Below the pieces are notes generated by a model, which saw only the letters and a program-made list of their open reading frames with translations, had not been told where the DNA came from and did no database searches. This document shows positions 1 to 12,241 of a stretch of DNA of 64,000 bases, one piece after another (the stretch's first letter is position 1; each line of letters begins with the position of its first letter). A program made the position numbers and the translations under genes. The stretch is from the NCBI RefSeq assembly GCF_026571515.1, contig NW_026861942.1:124001-188000 (forward strand), read 5' to 3'. Source of the stretch: Ruditapes philippinarum (Eukaryota).

Positions 1-538
1 ATCGTGTTTCACCATCGTACTAAATTGCGTTTTCAATCATCGTACTGTCGGTTTTCATCATCGTACTTTTGTTGTTTCACCATCGTAAGCTTGTCGTGAT
101 TCATCATCGTACTGTCGCATTTTCATCATCGTAACTAAATCAGGCGTTTTCACCATAGTATGTTTTCGGGAAATTGTTGTTTCACCATCGTACTATCGAC
201 TATCGCGCGTTTTCAAGATTAACACATTCATAGGCGATGGCCCTTACGGCATTCCGGAATGCCGTTAGGGCCATTGCCTATGAATGGTTTGATCTGAAAC
301 GCGATACTCGAAAGTACGATGATGAAAACACGAAATCACGAAACTACGATGGTGAAAACGCGACAGTACGATGGTGAAAACAGGATAGTTTATCACGATT
401 TCATCATTGTACTATCGCGTTTCATCATTGTGCTTTCGCGTTTTCACCATCGTAGTTTCGTGATTTCGCGTTTTCACTATCGACTATCGCGTTTCAGATC
501 AACACATTCATAGGCAATGGCCCTAACGGCATTCCGTA
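1..538. mobile_element. Two abutting copies of a MITE with internal ~22-bp tandem repeats (first copy truncated by window start; second copy 255-536), TA target
   Basis: Second copy has long TIRs (CGGAATGCCGTTAGGGCCATTGCCTATGAATG...CATTCATAGGCAATGGCCCTAACGGCATTCCG) followed by TA at 537-538. Internal repeats GTTTTCACCATCGTA occur in both orientations. The paralogous site at 12240 (TTGTTA-TA-CTTATCTAC) lacks the element. Confidence 0.8.
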
Positions 539-3500
539 CTTATCTACTCCGAACATTTGCCTACGGTAAATTTTCTCGTAGATTTGTAATTAGATGTGAT
601 TGCGAATTGACATGAATAATAATTTCAGATTGCGTATGATTTTATAGACAATGACTTTATCAAGTTCGTTTAAATGCACTTGAAAAGCAATCAGATATGT
701 TTCCTGATATATTAGTTTATTAGTTTTTTTTTGTTTTTATTTTCATAATACAAATATAATTATGAAAAGACAAAGTAACAAACCATAATAATAAAGAAAA
801 GAACTAAATGGGACAAGGTCCTTTCATTTACTAATCGACTAACTAGTAGACATACATCATAATTAAGTATGTCATTCAGAAGAACATGTGTAGATAGATG
901 TTGAGGCCAAACAGATGCATGTATATTTATCTTATGTTTTATTACTTGATCAATCTTGTTAATTTTGTACTTTTGTGTCTGTAATTAAAGCTGATAGACC
1001 CCTACGGTTTTAGCATGTGATGAGTTTCGTTTGCTATTCATTCATTCTTTTTCTGAGTACTATGCATAATAATATAAAAAGCACATTTTATTGAATTTGA
1101 AATTGTTTTAGTATATTTTAAACAACGATTTGTGATATGGATATGTTATTGTCATAACAAGAACAGAAAGGATGATGGATTCAATTCTTTTTAACTTTGA
1201 AATAAAGCAAACTTATGTTCTTATTTAAAATATCAAAATGCAGTCACGTTGTGTTGTATTTAAGAACCTTTGTATCTAACGAAACTGTAACAGTCGTTGA
1301 TCTTACTAAAATAACTAGAACTAGGTTAATACCTTTATTGCATGCAACTGTTATAATTCTATAATTATCTTGTTTTCTTTAAGTAATAATTGGCTTCACA
1401 TGTGATATGACGTGAATGTTATGAAATTATTGTATAATTATGTCATCTAGTTTTTTTTCTCCAGGTAACGTTTCAATAAAATGGGACTTCAATGCATATA
1501 AAACAATGTTTAACGAAAATAAGTGTACTGTAAGTTGTCAATAAGCAAGCGAAATTATAATAAAATTCAATTTTAAAACAGAAATTACTTCAAAAAACTT
1601 ATATTAATCTAACTTATGATAGAAGCATATAAAAAGCCATATCGTTCAAGATATTTCTACTATTTTAATTATGGAAAAATCGCTTTCATATTGATTTACT
1701 TTTTCGTGAATAAAATATTATATTGAAGGCAAATATTAATTGTTCTGTATATAACATAATACATTTTTGAATACAAAACACAAATGTAATTCACGTTTAT
1801 TCCAAAAGTATAAAATGTACTTGTTTGGTTATTTAAAGCACTATTTGTATAACGCTTTGTTTTTTTAAAGATGAATGTTTTCATTGTATAAGTGAAACAT
1901 CAAGAGTGATTGAAATTTTGTTTCGATTTCTTGATATATTATTTCTGAACTCTGATCTTGTAACTCTTATACTGAATACAAATAACTAAAAGCCGTATTA
2001 AGGGCGGAATGATTGACAATAATAGCAAAATTGGAAATAATACTTTTACGTAGTTACTTTAGTCTTAAGATCATGTAATGTCATCACGTGTTAAATAAAT
2101 TAAACTTTCATTGAAAAGAAACACTTTTTTTGTTGTATTGAAAGTAAATAATGATATTGTTGTTCGTTCGGAGAATTTTTTACATTATTACAATTGGCCT
2201 CGTTTGTCAACGGATTTTTGAATCTTGTAGCGCACACATCCTTTAATTGTACAAAAATTACTTTAACACTGTTGATTCACTTTATGAAGTATTGTAAATC
2301 AGATATGATTCAGGAATCCGCCAAAAAAACAACACCTTTTGTTATATGTGATTAAGATTAGAAATTATAATTTCAGCGAGTATCTGTTTAAGTGTAATGG
2401 AGACTGCTGCAGAATAAAGATCAAGTTATCATAATTATTATCTTTTTTCACATTCATTTGACCATTATGCTTTAATGTACCAAACAATGGATTGTTAACT
2501 ACAATGAAAGAATTTATGAATCAAAAATAGTAGATTTGTTTTGACAGTACTGATTTTGAAATTGTATTTGACTTCGAGTTCAATAGTTGTAAATTCTCAA
2601 CGTTAGTTATGACTAATAAAGTTAGCAGACGATTTGATGCTTGCTCGTTGTTTTCCTCATAATCGTAAAACGATTAGATTATTCATGATTATGAATATAC
2701 TAGAATGAACGTACGCGAAGCAAGAGTATATTAAAAAAGTTTCAAACTAAAAAGAGTAACTGAACTGCAAATCATATTATCTACTACTAAAAACCATTTT
2801 TTAATATTTCTCTTTCTGACAATGCAAACAGTAATTTGCCAGTAGATAATTATAATGGTATGTGGAAGGAATACAATGTGCATGTTGATATGTTAAAGTG
2901 ATTTGAATAACACACGACACAATCATACTTTTTGCAAAGCACTATATGCATTTCTTATTGTTTTTTAAAAAGGCAAATTTTTGACTCTGCACAACGTCAA
3001 CTGATTAAAACTAAGCAATAAACAACATTAATAAGTGTCAAGATTTCTTCTAAAGCTAATAATGCTAGTTACTTATCGGTTTATGCGTAATTTATGTATC
3101 TTTTATTGCTTCAAACTTAGCACTTTTTTTTGGCAATTTGCTATTTCTGTTTACCCATCCATATATTGATTTTTAAAAGCCTCTTGGCAGTGTGGACTCT
3201 CATTTGGCATCTTGTAAATTACTGTTTTAATAATAATGACTATATTAATTCTCTGGGACAGTGAACACGAACTGCCCGCAAAATGAACGATTGTTTCTAA
3301 AATGAACAAAGTTATTATTTCGATTTTGTTTGTTAACCAGACCTGCACGTCCTTTAAAAAAAGTTGACAATCCAAAATAAATGTTTTATGGTATTGGATT
3401 GACATTACAACATGTACTTGTGTTGTCTTAACAGTTCATTCTTCTTTTAGTTAAGAAATAAATATTAGAAATATTTTCCATTTTATTTCTGTATGTTTGT

Positions 3501-5380
3501 CTACGATTATTAATGACAGTACTATTCGATATTGAGCGGACATTTTTGCGATTTTCTTGTTAAATAATTATCTACTTTACGCTTAACATGGATATTCGAA
3601 AAGCAAAGTAATGTGTATATGACGAGGAAATTATGTATTAATGTTCATAGTCGCGAGAAGTTAGATTAATGTTTGTGTGAACTTTTTGATTAATTATATT
3701 AATGATTTACCAAGAACATAGCTTCATTAGTGTACAAGTGAGTATTTACTTGATTATGTTATAGACTGGATTTTATACTGATGTTGATTTGTAATATTGA
3801 ATTTTTTAATATGGATTTGATTATGTATTAGATCGAAAAAAGACAAGGTGATGATGAAACCATTAGTTTACTCATGAATGAATCATTACGCTGATTTATA
3901 CTTTAAATGTGTATTCAGGACTGGGCAATTAAGGTTGAATCCTATGTCCTTTGTTATGCAAATGAGTTTCATCGAAACCACACGCATATTACACAAGATG
4001 ATAACACGATACAAGCCATTAGCTTTATACATTAAAATCATGCAATTTTTTTCCATTTAACAAATGTAGGAACTATCCTGTAAGAGTGAAAAAACATTGA
4101 AATTTAAGGTACTTTAGATTTGTTAGCGTAAATAAAGTTGTTAAGTACAAAAGCACATTAACAATTGCGTTTGAAATGATCTCTTCAAAGACGTTTGTTG
4201 CTGTGTTGTAATTTTTGTTTTGAAGAAAATAAAGACGAAGCAGTTAATGGTGCTGGAGAAGCTGTTTTAAGTTTTAATGTCCTAAGAACGAAAATGTGTT
4301 ATTTCAGGAGATATAATTTACCGTTTAAATCACTCATAATTGACAATTTATTTTATTTTTTTTTAAAAGGAAAATCTTCTCCCTCCAAATGGGGGGTGTA
4401 GGAATGGCTCAATAGCGAAGAAGTGGTATTAATCCATAATGGATTCAAACTATCAGTTCTAATGACTACAAGAAGATTAGGAAAATTTCTTCCTCTGAAA
4501 TGAAGTATCTATAAGATGTTTAAGAGGCAATTTTTAAAGATTGCTTCTAGATGAAGGAAATAGATATTCCTCGACACGTGAAATAACAGTATAATAGAGA
4601 AATATAATTTATTTGCCATCATGATTCCTTTGATTTTGTCTTTGGATGATAAATTGATATAAATATCTTACTATTCTCAACAATGATATTATAAATACCA
4701 TTATTAGTAAAGACCACAGGTAACTGTTAGTTATACTAAGTTGAACTCTTTTTCATATGGTAAAGAATTTTAATACGTAAGCCGACTGATGTCGTTTTCG
4801 TTAAACATTCCTTTGTCCGGTTTGATTTCCAAACTGATTTCAGAAATGATTGTTTGTTTATCGTTTATAGATATGGTTCGAGCAATAATGGTTATGTTGT
4901 GTCAAAAGCAATGCTAATCCATGTTTTGAAGCTAGTGTAATGTCCTCCTGTGTTTGTGAAAAAGCGAGAATTTATTTTTTTGAAAAAACATGCTCTTTCA
5001 AACTGTTTGAAAACTGCTCACAAACAAACAGTGCGCTTGGCGAAATATTTTAGGTATGTATTGTTCAAAGATTAACGATGTTAGCTTAAAACGAATGTTT
5101 TCGTTTGCGCCACATTAATCGAGAGCAGTAGCTTTATGAAAGTAGCAAGAAGAAAAACTGAATTAACATGGATATATTTGCATGTAAATCAATTTTAGTT
5201 TTATCTTAGATAGCATTAATTTTGTTATAAGTACGTACATGTGTCCTATATAGATTTCAGCTAGTCTTTTCATCGTCTTTATCCATTTGCAGAAGAACTC
5301 CGACAATGAATGATACTTTCTGATATGATCGTTTGTAAAAGATCTTAATCACGAACCTTGGTAGTTTTTCTGTATAGATA

Positions 5381-8300
5381 GCTGCCGGTTTCTTTTTGCC
5401 GCGCCAGTTTTTTGGCAAATTCAATGCCCCTTTTTTACGCGCTTTAAAAAAAATGAAAGCTATCTTAACTTTGTCATATTAACTAATAGGTTTCAAAGTT
5501 GAATAGTGTGTTTCTTGTTTTTTCTATCTTTAATATTTTTGTTAAAAATGAATTGAAAGTTTTGGCATTTGCCATGGTCAAAGTGTGTTTTGCCATGGGA
5601 TTTCGGCATTTGCCCATGGCCAAATAATTTACCATTGGCAAATTTAGAATTGCCATGGTAATGATTTTTTCCTATTCTGCCCATGGCAAATTTGCCATGG
5701 CAATTATTTTTTAAAACATTCACAAACATTCTAGAAACTTATTCTATGAGACATGTTGTTGGTGTTATTGTTATAGTTTTTTTGCAAATCTCTCATTTTT
5801 TTCAAATTTTTGCCATGGCAATTATTTGCTCATTAGAAAATGCCATGGCAAAATGGCATGCTTCCATTGGCCAAAAAATTTGCCATGGGATTACATAAAA
5901 TGTTGCCATGGCAAAAGAAATATCAATAATAAAAAAAAAACACCATTTTTTTTGACCTTTTGTTTTTTTTTAATGAATATTCATGAAATGCATATATATT
6001 TAGAAAATCAGTTAAAATTTTAAAGTTTTACGCAAAGACGATATCTTTTCAACCTATAATTAGAATAAGTATATGACGATTTAAAAGAAATAATTATGAG
6101 ATCAGGATCAAATATATCTTGTATGCTAAATGATAATAATAAGGCTTGAGTGAAGTATAGAAAGAGAAAAATTAAAATCATAGACGAAAGCAACAACTGC
6201 AAAATTTAAAAAATCTAGCCGTTATCGACGTACTGGTAGTCCGTGTAGGACGCGCTTAGGATCGAGAGTCCTGAGTTCGAACCCACAGGGGCATGCTTTA
6301 AGTTTTCGCTTGAGCAGGAAATGTTACCTGCGAATTGCTTCACTTCACCAGGTTGTACTTGGGGTATGTGAGGGTGGTGATAATTGCAGTGCGCCAACGT
6401 GTTGGCTTGCACTAAGCGGAGATAAAAGATCCCTAGGTAAGTTATAGATAGATACCATTAGCGCGATGACAGGGTAATAGTGTAAAGTGGTGAACGTGTG
6501 TAAGCATGAACTTAGACTATAAAATGCAATTACTTTACTTTTAACTGGTAAGTGACAATTACCGTCAACGATCCCCTTAGCACCGTGCTTAAGCAGTATA
6601 TAACATTTTAACATAATAAATGGTAAAATTTCAGAATTTTGAAAACATGCCGCATATGTGTTCATATGAGTGGTTATCATGGAACCTTTAATGTGACAAC
6701 GTTCGAATACCATTCCATGAAAAGCGGCATATTACAATTATACTTATAATAACATAAATAACAAGACTTTACTTTTAACTATATTGTAACTTTAAACACA
6801 TACTTGTATGTATAAATATGTGCAATTACATTTTTAGTTTCCGGTTTCCTTCTATAATTATGCAGTCTGCGTGATAAAGGACTGCTAAGGAAATACCTTG
6901 CAATCCTCACAAGGAAATGATGGGAGATGCATTGGTACAAATGTTATGGAGGGCACCCTTATAACCTTGTTATTTGTAAAATATTCCTTTAACGCAACAA
7001 GATCATCTCGAGCAAACAGGACGTTTCGCCCCTAACGTTTTTCAATGTTCGATTTCGAATATTCAAATATATTCCCCGGCCCTATATTAATTCTTGAATC
7101 AATCGTTCCTTACATTTTCAATATGTATAACGAATCAACGAAATTACATGACGAGGGAACCACCGCAAACATACTTCCTTTCCTTGTTGGTTTTGTTTAT
7201 CATTTTTAACAGAAAAAAATTATACAAATTATCGACGGGAAACATGGGGGCAGGGACATGTTCGAATGATGGCCCCGGTCAATTTTTTTAATAACTCAGA
7301 CATGGTGTTTTGAAGGTACTGGAAACTCTGATATTTCTCTGTCATTGTAATTCTTTCTTGTTTGTGTGTAGGAAACGAGCAGTATTTTTGTTGTTTTTTT
7401 TTACCCGAAACTAAGCATTTTGGTAGCTTGTATGTATTTGTGACTCTCCGAATGGAGGTGAAAAAGTTAAAAATCAAGCTTTGACAGTTGGCGCCAAACA
7501 AGTAAGAAATTCCGGATAAATTTTGTGAAAAATCTAAACGCATGAAGACACTTTATTGGTCATTTTTGAAAATGCCATAGCTTGCACTGCGTGTTAGTGA
7601 TATTTTTAAAGGAATCGGGCGGATTCTGGAGTATGCTGCACCTTCATGAATATTGCCCATATTGGTATATTTTAGGTGTGATTTTGGCTGGGTGGGGGTA
7701 AATATAATTGCTGTCAGTCATTTTTTAAGGAGCAATGCATGCAAACTATTATTTTCTTCAATGTATGTCATAAATCATTGAATAATGCTGTGCAACTGGT
7801 TATCTGCCTGTGAAACAAATTTTGAAATATTTGGAATTGTGTTTCTAGCCACACTGAATTACAAAATTGTTCATTTTTAGGTCCCCTGCCCCCTATGTGT
7901 TTTGATTTAATGCAAATGATGAGTACTCTTTAAGGGGCGGTAACTTTTCCATTTTCGCTTCAACTAAAACATTTCCTTATTAAATTGAGGTTAGTATCCT
8001 AAACAAATGATAATTTCGCGCAGGATTGATTCCGTATGATTTGATGATGGGCCACTTAATTCTTACAAATCTTGCCAATCCTGGTAAATATAGTATCATC
8101 AGCAAAAAATTGAAAATTAAAACATTCCACAGACCAATTTTGAAAGATACTAAAACATTTTACAAACATTGACTATATTTTCCTTTGGATAGTAATTTAA
8201 TAATTTATAAAAAAAAATCAAAGAAAAAATGTTTTTTTTTATTGATAATATTTTGCCATGGCAAACTTTTATGTAATTGCCATGGCAAATTTTTGCCATG

Positions 8301-8754
8301 GACTTGCCATGGCAAATTTTTGCCATTTTTGCCATGGCAAATTTGCCATGGCAGAAATTTGCCATGGCATTTCTATGGCAAAAATTTGCCATGGCAAAAT
8401 AAAAAAATTAGAGATTGCAATAAAAACATAACAATAGCACCAATAACATGTCATAGGATAAGTTTTAGAATGTTTTGTGATGTTTTAAAAAAATAAAAAG
8501 TAGGAAAAATCTTGCCATGGCAATTCTAATTTGCCAAAATGCCGAAATGCCATGGCAAAACACACTTTGCCATGGCAAATGCAAACTTTCAATGCATTTT
8601 TACAAAAAAGTATTAAAGATAGAAAAACAAAACATATTAACTTTTGAACCTTTTAGTAAATATGACAATTTAAGATAGTTTTCATTTTTTTAAAGCGCGT
8701 AAAAATAGGGGTTGAATTTGCCAAAAACTGGCGCGGCAAAAAGAAACCGGCAGC
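5381..8754. mobile_element. Non-autonomous DNA transposon with ~600-bp TIRs rich in palindromic TTTGCCATGGCAAA repeats
   Basis: Left end TA-GCTGCCGGTTTCTTTTTGCCGCGCCAG and right end CTGGCGCGGCAAAAAGAAACCGGCAGC-TA. Arms ~5381-6020 and ~8150-8754 are inverted copies. The element is absent from the paralog near 17740. No transposase ORF. Confidence 0.85.
6215..6730 (+). mobile_element. Old tRNA-headed SINE-like repeat
   Basis: B-box-like GAGTTCGAACCC at ~6273-6284. The 6570-6730 part matches 61975-62120 in reverse complement, and related sequence lies at 9770-9950 and 61430-61610. Confidence 0.45.
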
Positions 8755-9769
8755 TATTTTATTTAGATTTGAACCAAGCCTTTGATAATGAACACTAAAT
8801 GAATAGTGCAGGAGTTATTTCTTAACAGAAGACATATGACTAAATATTAAAATGTAGTTTTTTCATCATTTAAACGCCGTACATAAAGTTTATAAAATGG
8901 CTTAAAGTAAATATTCTGTACATCCATAAACGCTGTAAAGTTTATATAGATATGTTTGGGTTTGTTTTTTTTTTTTTTTTTTTTTGAAGAAATATAATTT
9001 ACTGTAGTGATTTTTTCATAATTCATCCACTTCAATGACCATATTTTTTTTTTATTTCTAAATTGATATAGGCTTGCTATTAATTTCACAATGTTTTTAT
9101 TCAAATTTAAATATATTTTTACTCTATAATATCTATTTATTTCAAGGAAAATGCATGTTCATAAACGAATGCAATGTTGCTTTTGTTGCATAATGTCACT
9201 TTAGTTGTCAACTAACTTGTTGCCTGATAAAATTGATCATTCTATCATAATTTAGTGCATAAGTGCCCACATAAATTTAAAATATATATATATATATATA
9301 ATTTCTGATTAGAATAAAGAAACAACACTTTCCTAATCGATCTTGAATTAGTTATTTCAAACTGAAAAAGATTAACAATGAAATAAATGTGCTTAGTTTT
9401 GCATCTGTCAAAATGTCGCAAATTACATTGCATCAATTGAAGAAATTTAGCAGGACAATGGAATGCTCATATCAAAATGTGATTCATAATACATAGAAGC
9501 TTATTTTCATTTCATGCCGGTTTGCACTCTGTGATTAAATATTCTCCTACTGTTGTGACATTTTTTATTGAAAATGATAGGCCGCATGCACATTTCATTT
9601 ATGAATATTATAATATAATATAACAACATAAATTATTTTTATTATTCATTAAAAAATGGAAATACTGTCATATTATACAACAAAATGAAACAATAATATC
9701 GGTACAATTTTAAGTGCTTTTAACGATTATGCGCACATTTCAGATATTTGTTAAAACAATCTAAATCTG

Positions 9770-9950
9770 CCATCACTATTAAGTGTTGAGAAGTGAGTGC
9801 CGCTCAAGCCGATGCTAGGGGACCTGAGGGATGCTGCACGTATTCATTATCCCTTATTTACAAACTCATTCAAACCGAGTCTGCAATTCTCTTGTAATTT
9901 AATTTTGTTGTGATTAATGCTTCCGATGGATCACTTTGTTTCCAGGTTTT
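9770..9950. repeat. Interspersed repeat shared with 61215-61330 and 61430-61610
   Basis: CTATTAAGTGTTGAGAA...TGCTAGGGG...CAAACCGAGTCTGCAATTCT...GTGATTAATGCTTCCGA.GGATCACTTTGTTTCCAG is present at both locations. Confidence 0.75.
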
Positions 9951-12241
9951 TTCGCTTCGCATCTTCTGTAGCTAAATTTTATATGAAATATATATAAGAA
10001 TGTTTACTTACATACCATTTGAAAATGACAATGAAAAGCAAAGAATTATTACTAAAACATTTTCATTTGATATCTTGAATGAACTTAACGTATATTTCTT
10101 GGACTTGAACTTTATGTGATTTAGAATTTGATAGGTTTATCAAGTATAAGTATATATATAATGAAAGGTGTTTACTATGCATATATTTCAAGCGAATTTT
10201 TTAAACAAAACCATTCAACAAAATGTATAGGCTTTGCATATAAAGAAAATCAATGCAATAAAGATTGTTTTTAATTCCTTACTTTCTGATTGTAATATAT
10301 GATTTAATGAATTATGGGCATGTAACTAAATTGAGTATCCATTATCAGAATATTTTGCTTGTCCTTGTATAATAATACACCATCTATTGTTGACAAAGAT
10401 AATCTCATTATACAAGGGATTAGAACACATGTAACATAAATTTAATGTAACGAAAAATAAAAATAAAAGTATAATATTTTAACAGTGTACGAGGCAGCAA
10501 TGCCGGAATTCTAAGGGCAATATATTGATGTTGAACGAAAAACATTGTACACATATCTGTCTTAAATTGGACGATACTAAAAGTTTTTTTGATTTATTAC
10601 TTAATTATTTCTCTCCATTTCTCAAGTTTGCTTTGTCAGGTACAGTACACGAAGTATCTTAAGGTCTAAATTTAGTGAAACCAAAAGCTTATTGATAGAT
10701 CGCCGACCTATTGGCTTGCTTTCAATAAGTGCAAGAAATAGAAATTATGAAGCATTTTCCTAACGAAATGTGTTCTTACTGGAATAACCAATTACGTAAG
10801 AGTTTACTTGAAAAATGTTTTTAGTAAATTGACATTTCTCAAACCCTTTTGGTAAACTGATCTGTAATCCAAACTTGACACTTTGAACTCGTATAATCAC
10901 AGACATATTTACAGACATGAAAATCCAGGACAAGACGGTATTGTCGGTAATTTACGCTGATTTTGATTTATTGCTTAAAATGTCACATTTTATAAAGAAT
11001 TTTTTTCTGCTTCTTCGTTCTATAAAGGATTTTGCCCTTCCTTAAAGATGTTACTGTTAAACATTTACAATTTAACATGACATAAGTTTATTCTTGGTTA
11101 TTGAACCGAGGACCAAAAATAGTTAAAAAAATATTAATATATAATATCATTGTGTATCCAGTAATTGTTCTAAAGCTGCTTATGAGTGTCGTGAATGTCT
11201 TTCTTTACGAATTATTGAAATCAAATACTATATAATGACGACACACTTCATTTAAACTCGCAAGTCTGATTCGCTTTATTTTCATTTTGAATTTTTACAT
11301 GAAAGGATAAGGAACGTTTTTTTCCAGTTTGCCAGTTTGACTAATACATTAGCACGCCTTAGATGACAATGCTTTGCTGTTGCCTAAAAGGATGCGGTAT
11401 TGAACACAGTCATGTAAAATGTCGTATTTCCTATAATAATAAAATATACAATCAAAAGTGTATCTTTCAATTAAATAAGTCACAATAATCGAGAAATTTG
11501 TTGTGTACATTGTATTTGTGCTACATAAACAGGAATTATAGGAAGCACTATATATTATATACTAAATAACGTGAAATTGTGTTTTCAATTACATATTTTT
11601 TATAACTGCCTTTATTTATAAATTGTACGGTGATCTTGTTTAGACAATTACAGAATAATAATTTTAAGATAACCCGTGATGTAATTCGTGTTACTTTTAG
11701 CATCATGATCTTTATGTTCCGCATAATTGGCATTAGTAGCAGTAACACTGTCTTGTACTACTTTTATATATTTTGTTTTCAAAACAAATTGATAGTCATA
11801 TAAATAATGTTAAATCATTTGATAATTGAATTGTATTAACTAGTAACATATGCGATGAACTAGTATAAGATACGAAGCATATTGCGATTTTAACCGGGCA
11901 TCCGTTTTTTCCATCTTTTGTGAAGCAATTGTTTATTTACATTTATTTATTCAAATCCGTCTGCAATATTTAAAAACTAACTAAAACAAAGCTTTTTCAA
12001 ACACGAAAATATGTATCTGAAAAAACCACTTTATTTGCTTTGTTATTGCTTTTCTTATTGCCACTGTAATATAATTACTTCTCAAAACTGTTCCTTAATT
12101 GCCTTGCTCTTAACAAAATTGTCATGCGTCCGAATTGTGATAACCTAAAAATTCTTAAATAATGCATGGCCAGTTTCATTTACTTTCTGCTTTCTAGAAA
12201 AAATCTTTTTGTACATTTTAAAGATCACACATCTTGTTATA

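Larger units (their letters stand above)
539..9680 (+). repeat. Segmental duplication 1, copy a (interrupted by the 5381-8754 element); paralog of 12242-18478
   Basis: Colinear similarity, e.g. 590-720 vs 12286-12410, 1310-1450 vs 13010-13150, 3330-3400 vs 15060-15130, 9380-9670 vs 18170-18475. Confidence 0.9.

Noticed and set aside
6235-6295. tRNA gene
   Set aside because: Only a B-box is recognisable and no convincing cloverleaf; treated as a SINE head.
8250-8400. CRISPR-like regularly spaced palindromic repeats
   Set aside because: Units are 14 bp or less with only a few nt between them, lie inside a transposon TIR in eukaryotic DNA, and no cas genes are present.
5493-8496. ORFs with repeated CHGK/LPWQ/FAMA motifs
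   Set aside because: They are translations of the TTTGCCATGGCAAA palindrome array in the TIRs, open in several frames on both strands.
11100-11420. Possible decayed copy of the gene's 3' flank (compare 37470-37730)
   Set aside because: Similarity by eye is too weak in AT-rich DNA and no exon remnant was found.
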